Shown here one piece after another: positions 42,830 through 58,060 of a stretch of DNA of 64,000 bases. How positions within the stretch are numbered: the first letter of the stretch is position 1; each line of letters begins with the position of its first letter. The notes under the pieces were generated by a model. The model was not told where the DNA came from. It did not search any database and saw only the letters and a program-made list of their open reading frames with translations. Source of the DNA: the human T2T-CHM13v2.0 reference genome, Homo sapiens; NCBI RefSeq assembly GCF_009914755.1, contig NC_060926.1; one strand, given 5' to 3'. Both the position numbers and the translations under genes were made by a program.

Positions 42830-43660
42830 CCCCTAAGTGATAGCCCCCAAAGAATAATGCTACTTCCCCCCTCAATAAAGGCCTCCAACCATGACCACGC
42901 TCTAATCTCTGGAACCTGGAAATATGTTATCTTACTTGGCAAAATACACTTTGTAGGTGTGTTTATAGTTAAGGACCTGAATAGGTGAAGATTATCCTGT
43001 TATCCAGGTAATCCCAGGCTAATCACCAAATCCTTAAAAGTAAAGAATATTTCAGGTTTCAGAGAACCAGAGGGACAGCAGCATGAGAAAGACTCAACCT
43101 ACCATTGCTGGGTTTGAAGATGGAGCCATGGATTACAGGCAGCCTTTAGAAGCTGAAAAAGGCAAGGGCACATCTACAAAGGTGTATTAGTCCATTATCA
43201 TGCTGCTGATAAAGACATACCTGAGACTGGGTAATTTATGAAGAAAAGAGGTTGGCTCACAGTTCTGCATGGCTGGGGAGGTCTCACGTAACTTAAAATT
43301 ATGGACAAAGGCATCTTTCACAGGGTGGCAGGAGAGAATGAGTGCCCAGCCAAGGGATAAGCCCCTACAAAGTCATCAGATCTTGTGAGAACTAACTCAC
43401 TATCATGAGGACAGGATGGGGGAACCCACGGCCCACCCCCACCCTGGGGGGGAATATGGGAACTACAATTCAAGATGAGATTTGGGTGGGGACACAGTCA
43501 AACCATATCAAAAGGAATGTATTATTGCTAAGATATTGACTTCATCCCACTGAGATGCATGTCAGAATTCTAAGCCACAACTGTAAGATAATAAATTTTT
43601 ATTCTTTAAGCTGCCGAGTTGGTAGTAATTTGTTGCTGCAGCATTGAAAACAAAAATAGC
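42830..43660 (+). mobile_element. MLT1D/E-type solo LTR interrupted by THE1D
   Basis: ctaatctctggaacctggaaatatgttatcttac...gattatcctg; ends ...ggtagtaatttgttgctgcagcattgaaaac. Confidence 0.75.
43183..43510 (-). mobile_element. THE1D solo LTR
   Basis: tgtattagtcc...ggggacacagtcaaaccatatca; 5-bp TSD aaagg at 43178-43182 and 43511-43515. Confidence 0.9.
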
Positions 43661-44489
43661 GTGAGAACATAAACTGTCTGATTTGTCTTTCTATTCTAAT
43701 CTTTCTATTCCTGATTCTTTGCAGAGTGATTACGAGCTCAGTAATTCTTTTATGAATGAAAAAAATGAAGGGAGGAAAAACAAAAAAAGCATTTGAGTGT
43801 TTGGCCAAGCATAGCTGTTATCAGATTCAATGGCACTCATTTGTTCAAACAATATTTCTTGAGGCTTCATGAGCCCAGCATGATGCCAAATACTAATGAG
43901 GACATATGAAGGGGCACAAGCAAAGGGTGCTCCCTTGAAGAGCTTCTGATCTAACACATCTATGAATCAGAACAATCAGGTCGTAACCTGTGAGTGCCAC
44001 AGACCTCAGAGGAGAAAGAGATTCCCGAGGACTGGGATGGTCTGCAAGGTCCTTTTTGGAGAATTGAGGCTTCAACTGGGTCTTAAAGAATAATCAGGGT
44101 GATGATAATGTAAGGGCATTGCAAGCAGGAGAACATAATAGACCTAGAGGATAAGAAAAGGACTATGAGGAAGGCATGGTAACTTGGGTGGAGCTAAAAT
44201 GTAGAATGGGAATAAAGTAAGCCATAAAGGTGGGGTAAATTCAGTTGTTTACTCAGCTACCAAGCCCTGACTACTAGTGCTAGGCATAAATTGGGGTTTG
44301 GGGAAATAAATGACATTATCCCCACCCTCAAGGAACTAAGAACCTAGTGGGAACATAAATGCCTAGAAATTGCTCAATATTTGATACTTGTTAGTAGATG
44401 TTTAATAAATATTTGTTCAATTAAACACAGTTGAAATGCATGGTCAACAGTATTAGTCACAGGTGAGGACATAGATCATTTTTTCAGCG

Positions 44490-45080
44490 GTTATGTTATT
44501 TATTGCTATGTAATATATTATCCCAAAATTTAGCAAGTTAAAGCAAGGAACATTTATTATCTGACATTTTCAGTTGGGGAGGAATCTGAGCATGGCTTAG
44601 CTTGATGCCGTTGGGTCGGGGTCTTTCACGAGGCTGCAATTAGGGAGTCATCTAGGGCTGTGATTATCTCAAGGCTCGATGGGGAGAGGGAAATCTGCTT
44701 CTAAGGTCATTCATGCAGTGGTTGGCAGGATTCAATTTCCCATGGGCTGTTGGATGAGGGCCTCCATTCCTTGCTGGTTATGGGCTGGAGGTTGTCCTCA
44801 GTTCCCTTCCATGTAATCTTCTCTAGAGGGCAGTTGACAACATGGTAGCTGGATTTTCTCAAAGAGCCTGAGATAAAGTAACAGAAAGCCAGAGAGAGCC
44901 AGAGAGAAAGAGCAATACAGGAATCATTGTATTTTGTATCGTAATCTTGGAAGTGATTCTCCTTCACTTTTGCTGTATTCTATTTGTTAGGAGTGAGTCA
45001 CCAGCTCCAGCCTCCATTCAGGGGAAGTATTGCACAAAGGTGTGAGTACGAGGAGAAAGCAGAGGCTGTCCATCACAGTT
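44490..45080 (-). mobile_element. MLT1F-type solo LTR
   Basis: ttattgctatgtaa...cccaaaatttagc...catttattatct...ggaatctgagcatggcttagct. Confidence 0.75.
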
Positions 45081-45520
45081 GGGCAGCCTGATGTACCCTC
45101 TTTTCCTCTGTACTGTAGAAGCGAGGCTTTCTCTGAAGGTATCAGGCAAAGAAAGTAGAGAAGAGCCCATCCTCATTCATCTGGAAACTACTAGCTCTAC
45201 CACAGCCAACATAGTTCGCATCATGGTTCCTGCAGGACATTTAGGGAGGTACTAACCAGAGACCATTTTTTCATGGCTTAACAAAAAATCTAGATTGGGA
45301 AAAACCTCAGAACATCTCAGACTAGGGGCTTCTCAGGAACCAGTAATCAAGGCCAAGGGTTGAAGGAGAGGTAGGGATCCTGGGCTATTGATATTATATA
45401 GAAAATAATATTGGCTAAAAATAGAAAAGCTGGTTTTGAATTCACATAGTAGGTATGATGTTAAACACATTACTTAAACTCTCTGAGCCTGTTTCCTCAT
45501 AAATTAAATGGGCATCTACC

Positions 45521-46053
45521 TGTAGTATAGTCATTCAGGAGATTTTGAATATACTTCCCATGTCTGAGGAACCTCCATCATTCCTAATTCCCTGAGAAAA
45601 TCATTATTCCAGCTTCTCTTACAGCTCTGGTATAGGCATGTGATAAAGGTTCTGTCAAATCAAATGGCTGGGGAGAGGTACTGATTTAAACTGTATTTAT
45701 GAGAAAAAGGACAGGAGGAGCAATGAATTTTCTAGAGATTGTAGTGGCAGAGGCTTTGATTCTTGAGGCCACCTTATTCTGGTCCAACTCAGTGTACACA
45801 GTATAGGCCATGGCATAATATGGTGTTAGATGCCTGTGCCCAGGGGAGGCTGCAATGAGGTGCCTATTGGAGCACTCCTGCAGTGTGGCTTGGGTGTCAT
45901 TCCCATCTGCAAAGCTCTAATTTGACCTTCTGGGATGCCTGGAGATTCAGATCTACATTTGTGAGATTTATATATATCTCATAAATTACATTTTACTTCT
46001 GCTTAAACTACTTAGGATGTGTACTGTTTTAGCAATTGAGACTATTGACTGAT
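45521..46053 (+). mobile_element. ERVL LTR (LTR33-like) inserted in a MIR
   Basis: ccagcttctcttacagct...ggcatgtga...; MIR halves on both sides (45400-45520, 46054-46170). Confidence 0.55.
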
Positions 46054-46261
46054 CCACTGCCTCTCAGGGTATTATGGGGATAAATGAGATAATGCATGTA
46101 AAGCACCTGGCACAGTGCCTTTTATATAGGTGGCACTAAGGAAATGGTAGCTCTTAATGTTTATTTTACTACTATTCCTTCTTGTCAATGTTTCTTGGGT
46201 ACCTCATGAGTGAAAGTCAAATCTCAGCTGCATGCGGATAGACCAAGGATTTAAATTCTGA

Positions 46262-46988
<727 letters not shown>

Positions 46989-46989
46989 C

Positions 46990-47186
46990 CTGGGTAGTTT
47001 TGCCCCACAGGGGGTGTTGGGTAATGTCTGGAGACAGTTTTGATTGTCACAACTAGGGGTGTGGTGTAACTGGCATCTAGAGTCTAGGGATGCTCCTAAA
47101 CAGCCTACAATGCACAGGACAGGCCCCATAGCAAAGAACTATACAGTCCATTATCTAGTCAACAATGCCAAGGTTGAGAAACCCTG
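46990..47186 (+). mobile_element. MER20 (hAT-Charlie)
   Basis: aatgtctggagac...ctggcatctag...acaatgcacaggacag...gccaaggttgagaaaccctg. Confidence 0.88.
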
Positions 47187-48139
47187 TTGTAGATGTGGGT
47201 GCAAAATGAAACCTGGCCACCACTCTCTACTCTGTCAATAAAAACCTGCTAGGTTTTGCTCAACCAGGATGAGTTCCAGCATGTGGAACCTCCAGATGCA
47301 GGAACACCAGAGTGCAAATTTAATCACGCAATTTTATGTCCCTAGAAAGCACTACCAAGGTTGTGAGATCAGGGCATGGAATGATCTAAGTTTTCATAAA
47401 TGTATTCCCAAGGTCCTTGATTAAGCAATTAAAAGATGAATTAAGGACTATGCCAATTTCTGATTGGTTGGCCAGTACAGCTGGGAAGTTTCTTTGTTTG
47501 GTTTTGATGATGCTGTTTTAATTTCTGATTTTTTCTGTGCCAGGGAATCTTGGTATTTCCTTTGCAGACTGTAAATCTCTATTATGCCCACATACGGCAA
47601 TATAGAGTCTCTCTGCAGTTATGCATTTTTATTGGTACACAGAATATTGAAACACAAAACATCAAACAGGCTATTTCTTTTAACCACAGATGTGAGTTGA
47701 ATTCATTACCAATATTGTTCTTCGACTTCCTAATGACTTTGGCTCATTGCAAATGGAAAATGTGTCCAAGAGAAGGAGACAGTTTTAATGTAGTGCCACT
47801 GGTCAGCTTGTGACCCTCATTTTCTTTCTTTTCCTGAGCCTCATCTTTTCTTTCTATAAACTGAAAGTATGCATTAGATGACCTCTAAGTCTTCCAAATT
47901 TCTGAGATTCTCAGGGGCTGCCAAATTCCCAGGGATTTCAGAGCCCTCCCCAGAGGAAGGTGGCCTCATGAGTTTGTTGGGGCATGGCACAAATCCAGCC
48001 CCAACTTCAGGGTCATGGGCAGGAGTCAAGGTCACCTCTTCCTTGTAATGTTCTCCTATGAAGGCCTTGTAGGATATGCTGGCTGTTCATTAATTCAAGT
48101 GCTCAGTTGTGATGAGGATCTCCTGGGAAATACAAGTAC

Positions 48140-49110
48140 AACAATATTTTTCATTTTCATTGTTGAAAAGTATTCAATTTTGTAAAACATGACTAATTTA
48201 TCCTATCTATTGTTGATGTCATTTGGATTTTTCAGTTTTATGTTACTATGCTGTTAGAACATTCTTGTAAAAGTACTTGGAAAATGTGTACAATTTTTGA
48301 GTGTATACCTAGGGATAATAGGATATGCATAAATATAACTTTGATTTTGCTAAAAATGGTTGATTGATTTTATACTCCCTCTAGCAATATATTAGAATTG
48401 TCTATCTTTTTAATTTTCATCATTGTAGTGAGTATGCAGTGGTATCCTACTGGAGTTTTAATTTGCATTTCCCTGATGACTGGTAATGTTGAGTATCATT
48501 TTTATATACTTGACCATTTGAATATCCTTTATAATGAAGTGTCTAGTTAAATACTTTACAATTTAAAAATAATTGGCTTGTTTGCCTTTGTCATACTGAT
48601 TTATAACAGAACTTCTTCATACATTCTGAATATGAGTTCTTGGTCAATTATATGTATTTCAAACATTTTGTACTCTTTGACTAGGTGTCTTTAATACGTG
48701 AAAGTTTATTAATTTTAAAGAAGTCCAACGTATCCATTTTTACCATTTAGGTTATTGATTTTTGTATCCTTTTAAGGGAATCTTTGCCTAAACCATCTTC
48801 ATAAAGGTATCATCCTGTGTTGTGTTTTAAAGCTTTATTGTTTTATTCTTTAAATGTCAACCCACAATCACCTGTAATTGAATTTTGGGCCTGGTGTGTA
48901 ATAAAGGTCAAAGTTTACTTTTTTCTATGTGGAAAAGAGTACCATTTATTTAAAAATGCCCCATTTTAATTGGTCTTCAGTGTTGCCTTTGTAGTAACCA
49001 AAAGTCCATAAAGGTGTTGGTCTATTTCTGGTCATTCTATTCTGTTGTATTCCTTTATACTAATACTAATACTAATGTCCAATAATAACAGAAACATTAT
49101 TGCTGTCAAA
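48140..49110 (-). mobile_element. Old L1ME-type fragment
   Basis: ttttaatttgcatttccctgatgactggtaatgttgag and similar decayed ORF2 3' text. Confidence 0.7.
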
Positions 49111-49834
49111 TTACTTGGGAGAAAAAGCCACTTCTGCAGAACTGAATTGTTTATTCCCCTCCAGTGGGATCACATTCTGTTGGAAAAAAGTCTGAATTAG
49201 TGGTTATGAGAATAGGGTCTAGTTCAGATTCTGCTCCTCATCTGCTATATGATCTGAAGCAAACCAGTTTCCCTCTTTTGGCATTAGTTCCTCATCTGTA
49301 AAAGCCAGGAGATGCTGTTAATAAACTCTCAGAACAGGTTAGTTGAGAACCCACACACATCAAAGACATGGCAAAGACACAGAAAGGAGGCCCTAGGAAC
49401 TAAAATATCTGGACATTTTTTGAAAACGTTTTCCCAACAACATGTTTAATTTCAGTGTTTTCAGTTTAGTTGAAAACAGATGACCTTCTCAGCATAGTTT
49501 GCCATATGTTAATCAAATTGTTAGCTTCCAAAAAGTGAGCTATGTTTATTCTCATGTTGAAGTGAATGTCCTTGAGCTGCTATCAAGTGATCAATGGTGT
49601 GAGCTCCTACTCTCTCTCCTGTGGCTCTGACCTATCACATCTCTCCAGGTTGCCAACTCTGTAACATGCTATTTTCTGATAGAGCTTCTCTGTACAGCAT
49701 GTGTTCCCATGTCTCACCCTTTTTGCTCTGTTGTTGCCTGGGATCCAGTGTTTCAACAGAGTTCTTTTGTGGCACAAGAGCACGTGCATTCTAGGCTAGC
49801 ATGGCATGAGAGCATGATCCTCCATAGCTGAATT

Positions 49835-50102
49835 TTAGGGAGCAGAATTCCAAAGGCTCTAGTACATGATAACTTGTAAAGGAAAGTTAAGAAGGCTGGT
49901 GCCTGCAGCCTTTGTTAAATGAAAAATTGAGAACCAGGAAGTCCAATTGGAGTGGATGAGTGCTTCTAATAGAGTGCTTCTGAGAATACATGGTAGGAAA
50001 CCTTTGTGTGGTTCCTGGGCATAAAGACCCATGGAAAGAAGGTCGTGGAAAAGAGATACTGGAAGCTCTGACTTCCTCCATGTACATACTGGACCTTTCT
50101 CC
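49835..50102 (+). repeat. Local direct repeat copy A
   Basis: Aligns along its length with 51416-51668. Confidence 0.9.
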
Positions 50103-50739
50103 TTCACCCATAGGTAGATACTGCTCCTTTAGGTCTAATGCCTGTACCATAGCTTCCTCTCCCTTACAAGACCTGCGTGACTTCACAATCCATGTGAGTA
50201 ATGTGATCTGTACCTGGGCCTTACATTCCTTCACTTCCTCACTTGGTGGCCTCACCTTTCTCTTTTATTTTAGCACCCACTCTTCAGCATCACTTGGAAC
50301 CACTTCGTGTCAGAGATCTGGTCAGGGTCTCATCCGCTCAAGAAACGAATGCTTTGTTTCACAACTCCTGTTCTTCTGTTTCCCAGAGACCTCTAGTTCC
50401 TTGATCTGTCTGCTTCCTGCCAGTTAATCAGCTCCCCTTTTCTTACTTTTCTTATCTACCCAGCCTGTCCTGAGTAGTTGAACACTTGAATAACTCTAAT
50501 ACTAGGATCCACAATTTGTAGGTGTCTTAGGATTCTACTGCCCCTCTAAAGAAGCTCCTTGCTCACTGTGGACTTGCTGTTTGTTTTCATCAAGTGAGAC
50601 ACTATGGTAACCCTCAATTTTTTATTCCTCATCCATAAACATTTTATCCAGGTTGCCATCTATCTTTACTGTCTTTCATTCAGCCTAAAGGGCTCTACTT
50701 TGTCAGTTTAGGCATCTCTTAAGAAAAAGAAAAAAAAGA

Positions 50740-51172
<433 letters not shown>

Positions 51173-51415
51173 TCAAATCTAAATTGTGCTTAGTCACTGT
51201 GCTCAGTGCTGGGAATTCAGAGTTGAATAAAATATGGTACTTTTCCTTAAGTAGCTTATAGTTTCAGTAGAGTAACATGGAGGTAGAGATAAGCATTGCA
51301 ATGAGATCAAGGCAAGAGAGCACCAGAGAAGAATGCAGGTTTTGACTCAACCATGGGACAGCTGGAGTGAAGAGCAATGTAGTGCTGTCAGAGCATCAGT
51401 GCAGTGCAGGGAAGG

Positions 51416-51668
51416 TTAGGGAGCAGAATTCCGAAGACTGTAGTAGGTGGTAACAACTTGTAAATGATAGTAAGGGAGGCTGGTGCCTGCAGCTTCTGTC
51501 AAAGAATTGAGAACTGGGGAATCCAATTATAATGGATGAGTACTTCTGAAAATGCAGGGTAGGAAACTTTTGTGTGGTTCCTGGGTATAAGGACACAGGG
51601 AAAGAGGGCTGTGGAAAAGAAATACTGGAAGCTCTGACTTCCTCCTTGTACTTGAAGACCTTTTCTCC
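51416..51668 (+). repeat. Local direct repeat copy B
   Basis: Shared blocks ttagggagcagaattcc, ggctggtgcctgcagc, tttgtgtggttcctggg, atactggaagctctgacttcctcc. Confidence 0.9.
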
Positions 51669-54600
51669 AGGCTGATGAGTTAGGCTGGTCATGGCAGACC
51701 AAGAAAGGCTTTGCAAGCCAAGCAAGCCTATTCCGATTTTATGTCGCTCCCTGAAAGACAGGGAGGTGAGTAATCATTTACAAATACCTTCTGTAGACAG
51801 AGAAGAATATTGCATCCATCAGAGAATTTCTGTTCTCCCTCTTGCTATAACTTTTCTAAGAGCCTACTTGGGTTTCTGCATTGGCTCCATAGCTGGGGAG
51901 GGAGGGCTGTGTATATGCATGGAAATGGCACAAAGAAAGGTGAGGATGGAGCATCGAGGTGATGGCCTGGTCTTAGACACTGGCAACCAGAGCTGCAGCA
52001 TCCCATTCAGCCTCTGACTGGAGACAGACATGGTGCTGAAGGTTGGTTTGCCAAGGTCAAAAGGACACACTCTAGGAAACTGTCCAGGGTGGGCTGCATG
52101 AAGCTGGTCATGATCTCTATTAGTTTTGAGCAAAAATGCTTCCTTTTCTACCTTCCTCTCCTCTCTCCTCCTTTCTTCTTTTCTTACCTCCTTTCTCTCC
52201 ATTCCTCTGTAAAGGCTGATCAGAGGGAGTGGCTGAGCTGAGTAGGGGCAGTCAGTCAAGGAGGGAGGCTGGGAGCCTTGTGTTCTGTCCAGTGACCCTC
52301 CCTGGATCCTAAATGAGGATGGCCTGGCAGCTCTGTGAACCAAAGCTTTGCCAAACGAATGGGGCTTTGGGTGAATTTTAAAATATAGCTTTTCTGGGCT
52401 TAAGGTGGGCAGCTTATGGTCTTGATTTCAGCCCCCTCATCCCTTGGTCAGGCACGCTCGTGCAGGGCACAATCTGAGTGACTGCAGCAGCTCTGTCCCT
52501 GTGGGCTTTATTTCCAATTGAGAAACCCCTATCACAGTGAACAGCTGGGAAAGCCCTCCCTGTACCCAAGTCTCATCACTTTATCATAGCTGGAGTGCTG
52601 ACTTCCGGCCAGGCTCTGTGCATTTGTAGCCACGATCTGACCCACACGACAAAGGGCTAAGAATTTGGCTACATTGGTGCATTGTTTGTTTAAGGCAGAA
52701 GTGATGACTGACATTTTTTTCTCTGCTTAGAGGGCTTTATAAAATTCCATTTGTTATTATCTCATAGGATGGGAGTTGGTGGGGAAAAAGGAAATTACTT
52801 GTCAGCCTGTATAGGAAAAATTTCTACAGATGATTGTGAGGGGTCAGTCCTTTCGGAAGAAAGTTCAAAGTAAGGCTGCTAATGCTTAAGGTTATAGTCT
52901 AAGTCTGTTTCAGTTTAAAATGTCCAATAAATTAGAGATAATTTTATGGTGATTCCTAAGACCTGACAACCTAAACATTTTCCTTTGTAGCATAACCAAA
53001 AGTAAACTGTCTTCTTAGGTAAGAAAAAGCAATTGAACCTGTAAGGATTAGGTCCTGCCCTTCAGACTGAGCTTTAAAAGGAAGTAATCCAGCAAGAGAT
53101 CAATGAAGGAGGAGCTCCGGCTGAGGTCAGGATTGTGATGAGAGGATTAAGTCAAGCATCCATCTGTACATGTGGCCATGGGGGGCTCAAATGGACCCCT
53201 AATGGCTTCACTTGGGGAATCAGCAGCCTAAAATATGAGGAGCACAGCAGCCACCAAATCACAGCTCAGGGGGTCATAAATATCCCCCCCATCTTCTACA
53301 CAGTGAGGAAGAACTGCTCAGACCACAAGGATGGTCTTCAACACAGGGTCCAGGATGAGAGAATAAAAAGATGGGCAATAGGCATCACTTCTGTGTTTTC
53401 CCTTTTTGGATGCGGTGTCCAGTTGTTTTTTCGCCTTTATAAAACATTTTAAAAATGGCTTTAAGTGTCTAGTGTTGAGATTGCTTAATTCTTCTAAGCC
53501 ACGATGACAGGCTGGAGGATTTGGACAAGCTGGCTCTTATATCCTCAAGCCAAAAGTAAAACCATTTTGCTATCTAAATGGAGGGGCACACCAAAACCAC
53601 TTTTTATCTTGTGCTCCCTAATGACTAGAAATATGTAAGTTCCCCATGCAAAAGAAAGCACATCTCAATATGATGCCCTTGATTAATAGTGATGGTGGTG
53701 ATAATATGGCTTGGGGCAAATATGAAAAATAGTGCCTGTTGAGCTTTAGATTTATGAAGTAGTGAGATCCCTTATTTAAGCCTTTTGAAACTCAACAGAC
53801 ACTCTGCTGTACGTAAGGGCTATGTCATAGATCTCTGTCTAAGGAGCATACATGGGGATCACTTATCTGAGCCTGGGAATGCCTGAAAAGGCTGATTCTC
53901 ACCACTCCGAGAAACATTCAAAGACTTTTGGAGTCATGTTTCTTGTTGTGATAAAATGCTTTACTGCCATCATACACTTTTCTGCAGTGGCCATATTCTA
54001 GCTGTTTGTTAGAAGGAGGAGGTCATTTATGACACTGAGATCGTCTGAGTTTGTGCAGCACATGACGGGCCTGCACATAGTAGGCAGTCAATATCTTTTT
54101 ATTTGTTAATGTTGGTTTTTTTTTTCAGTGGAAGAAAAATTGTTTTGAAATTGAGGCATGCATGAGAATTTCTGGTGTAATCTATCTGGAAATTTTTATG
54201 GTAGGTTGAAACTAGTTTTGTTCACTAAAGACTTCTAAAAAATTATAGTAATGAGGTAGACATAAGCATACATTACATTTGTATACCTTGTTGCTCTATA
54301 ACTTATACACATATTATTTACTTTTTATAACCATCCTAAAAATAGCTTTTATTAACTCCATTTTATAAATGAGGAAATTAGGGAGATGGTGGGGTAAATC
54401 TAAGCAATAGAATCAGGACCAATTTTCTTTTTTTAAACTTTTTATCTTATTCTCTTTTGGCATCACTGCTGCTAGAAGATCTTGGCTCTAGTTTGGGAGG
54501 AGCCATTCTTTAGCTGAGTGGCTGGAAGCAAATCACTGCCTCTTTGGTCTTGGTTTTCTAATCTCTGGAATCTGGTCTTCAGTACCTGCCTGAACAATCT

Positions 54601-55178
54601 GAGACCCACAGAAGGAGGCAAAGAAGATTGGAAGTAGAAAAGGCATTAGGAATTGTGTAGTCTCCTTTCCTTGCCAGGAAGTTACAAAACATAAAGCCTT
54701 CCCATGACCAATTCTCTTCTACCTGCTGCCTGCTGTTTCTCTAAAAAAGTTATCCCTAGTCCTTTTGTGCTTTCAACAATCCCTGACTGACCTTGACCCT
54801 TTAGAGAAATAGAATAGAACTTGGACTCTCCATTTGGAATTTTTGATAACTATGTTAGAATGTGTCTTCTTTTCCCTATGGACTTATTTCTGTATTTTGG
54901 ATCTACCTCTGAACTAATTCCCCTGCTATATGGTGTCATTCTTCAGCCAAGTCCTTGGCCTTTATCCAGTCCCAAGTGTCTCCCTGGATATTTGACTCTA
55001 GACTTAACCAGTATGACCTGTTCTTTTGTTACTATTATCTCACTATTCTGGTCCTGATAGACACCTGGTTTAGCTAGCCAATTTTTGCCAGCCCAGCCAT
55101 TGATATTTGCAAACTTTAGACTTTCTATTTAGTTGATGAGGTTAAAGAGATATATCTCTCTTCAAAACTGCGTGCGTG

Positions 55179-55180
<2 letters not shown>

Positions 55181-55232
<52 letters not shown>
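55181..55232. repeat. (TG)26 microsatellite
   Basis: Perfect dinucleotide run. Confidence 0.98.
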
Positions 55233-55235
<3 letters not shown>

Positions 55236-57006
55236 AATCTGAGGAAAACCCAGGAATCTCTAGCATAGTTGTTGGTTATGTTCTTTTTCAAGAGCTCAGC
55301 CTGCCTATCATCTGCAGTGGTCCTAGCATTCAGTTGGAACATGTGGAACAAATCCTTCTCTTCCCAGACTCAAGAACAAGGGAGGTCACACAGATGTTCA
55401 ACAGATGTCAAGGGAGGTCCAGTGAAGTGACTGTGAAGTTGATTTGTAAACATTCCAGTAAGAATGGTTTCCTTTCTCAATAGCTATTTTGGAAAGGGTT
55501 TTCATGAAACAAGAATGTGACTATTAAATGTCATCTCACTTCACAAAACAATTTCTAGTCCACCAGCCAAACTGCTTGCAGCAAACAAGTTGACTAGGTG
55601 GCCCCATGAAAGGGTCCGGGTTTGAGTCTAGCCATTGCTATTTTTCCTTGTGTAGAAATCCAAAGGAAGCTCTGTTACTTGCAATAAACTTGTGATTTGT
55701 CTTGGAGAAAAAAGTGAAGTATCTTCAGTTGATATACTCTCAAGAAATGTTAACAGCGTGTACATGCAGCAATGTGAACTGGAGATATGTGGACATCCTC
55801 ACTGACCTTAGAGGTCTTCGTATTTGCAAGAATCCAAGAATCTTCCAACTGTTGCAGGGGGCGGACCCAGAGAATTAGATGTTATCCGGGCTGTTTATCC
55901 TGCCTAGACAGGAATGTGCTGGGACTATAGAAACATGTATTCTAGCATTGATCTTGTGAGAGTGGGGAAGTCCTTAATCTTTTTGGGACCTCACTTTCCT
56001 CATCTGTAAAATGGCAGGTGAGGAAGCTGGCACAGGAGATATCTGTGCCTTCTCCATGCTCTAAACTTTTACAATTCTGTGTGTTCCCTACTTTCCTTTT
56101 TCTGAAAGTATAAATCTGTATGCAGAGATCAATTTTGTGTCCCCTTACCTCTGTCTGACAAGTGGGCTGGACATTCTCTCCCTTTCTGGGCACCCATTAA
56201 ATAAACAGATGGTTGGCCTAGTCCACCTGGCATCAGATATTTTCAGATACAAAAATATAGCCTCTCTGGGTTTTAAAAAGGGAGCTATTAAGACCAGCCG
56301 TGCAGCTTGAGAAGGACTCAGTGAGGATGCTACAGGTCATACTATAACTAGATTTGCTGAACATTTAAATTAAATGATTTTACTAACTACAGATGTCTGA
56401 CATTTTGCCTCTAGGTGAACTTTATGACACTGAGTTGAGTTCCAGTGGTCCTTTCTCTTCCCTAAGGAATTATTATTTGTCCTTCAGCCAAGAGGGGCTG
56501 TTGACATTCATTTTATCATGTCTTCTGTCTGCTTAGGTTGCCCCCTCCTTGTCTCCAGTGATCTCTCAGAATGAATCAGCTCTCACCTCAGGCAGGGTTT
56601 CTGCCCCTGCTGAGCATGTAAAGCGTGGACTTGCAGACTCCCCTGGCAGATTTCAAGGGCATTGCACCTGGTCCTCATAAGCTCCCAGTGTCTCCCTCCC
56701 CTCCGGCCTGTTTTGCTCTTTTTCTTATTCTCTGCACACTGGGTGCACCTTCTCATCACCACTGCTTCTGCAGAGCCTCCTCCAAGCTCTCAAACTCTAT
56801 ATCTCTCACTGCTTACAACCACACAGAGTTTGCAAGATTTCAAACACTTTTCCTCTGGTGTAGACATTATCATTGTGGATTTCTGCACAATGAGATAGTT
56901 TTCCCATTTGGAAAAGAAAAAGCTGATCTCAGAAAGATAAGCACCCTCGGGGTGCACTACTGGTGCTTTTCTCTTGGCATACCCTGGTAACAAGATTAAA
57001 GTGCAT

Positions 57007-57371
57007 TGCTATAGACTGAATGTTTTTGCCCTCCTCCCAAATTATGTGTTGAAATCTAATCCCCAATATGATAGTATTAGGAGATGGGACCTTTGGGAGG
57101 TGATTGGGTCATGAGGACAAAACTTTCGTGAATGGGATTAGCGCCTTATAAAAGAGGCCCCAGAGAACTCCCTTGTCCCTTTCACCATGTGAGGACACAG
57201 CAAGAAGACCCTGTTTGTGAACCAGAAAGTGGGCCCTTGCCAGACAGCAAATCTGCCAGTGTTTTGATCTTGGACTTCCCAGCTTCTGGGACTGTGAGAA
57301 ACAAAATTCTGTTGTTTTTATGCCACACAGTCTATGGTATTCTGTTACAGTAGCCCAAACAGACTTAGACA
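57007..57371 (+). mobile_element. MLT1A0 solo LTR
   Basis: tgctatagactgaatg...ttataaaagaggccccagaga...tagcccaaacagacttagaca. Confidence 0.9.
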
Positions 57372-57429
57372 CACACAAAAAAGTCATTCTTTCAATTAGA
57401 GCCACGGCGGGAAACAGAGGGCCCACTTG

Positions 57430-57890
57430 AAGGAGTATTTCAGAAGTCATTAATAACCAGCGCATTTCTCAGGGAGTGGGCAGTGTTAGAAATAGTAATA
57501 AGGCATGGTGAGCACTGCAGGGCTGACGGCAGGGTGAAGCCACGCAAAAAAAAAAAAAAAAAAAAAATGGCTAAAGGGGACTGCAGCCTATGAGAGCTGA
57601 AGCATGGATGGGGCTACCTGACAGGACCTCTGGCTGTAGGGAGAGCAGCCACATCCAGGCAGTGGCCCAACGGGGAGGGAACAGGGTAATGAAATCCCAC
57701 CCCTCTCTGCTTCTGCCCCATGACAGCCTGCTGGATGGAGCCTCTTCCTGTGTGGCTGAAACCAACAGGAAGCTGGAAGGCAAAGGGGTCCAGAGATGCA
57801 TCCCTAGAGATTGCCCTCCTAGGGCACAAAGCAGGATGCAGTGTGTGGAAATGGATCGGGGGATGGAAAAGGAGATAATTTGGTAAATTC
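57430..57890 (-). mobile_element. Old ERVL LTR (LTR40/41-like)
   Basis: aaaccaacaggaagctggaaggcaaagggg...gggcacaaagcagg...ggatcggggg; contains an A22 run at 57546-57567. Confidence 0.5.
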
Positions 57891-58018
57891 ACTGCTGTTT
57901 TTAAAACTGTGCTTCTCATTTTTTTTACTTTGACATTTGATACTTTGCTGTATCCAAGATTTCTGAAAACTCATAGTAGTAAGTAAGAAATCTAAACAGA
58001 GTCCTACTTCTCTTTCCT

Positions 58019-58060
58019 TTTTTTCTTTTTCTTCCTTTTTTTTTTTGAGATGGAGTTTCG
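58019..58060 (-). mobile_element. Extremely 5'-truncated Alu stub with tail
   Basis: T-rich tail plus gagatggagtttcg(ctctt); TSD ctctttcct at 58010-58018 and 58061-58069. Confidence 0.75.

Noticed and set aside
57546-57567. Isolated A22 run as a tail-only retrotransposition
   Set aside because: No TSD visible; slippage expansion is equally plausible
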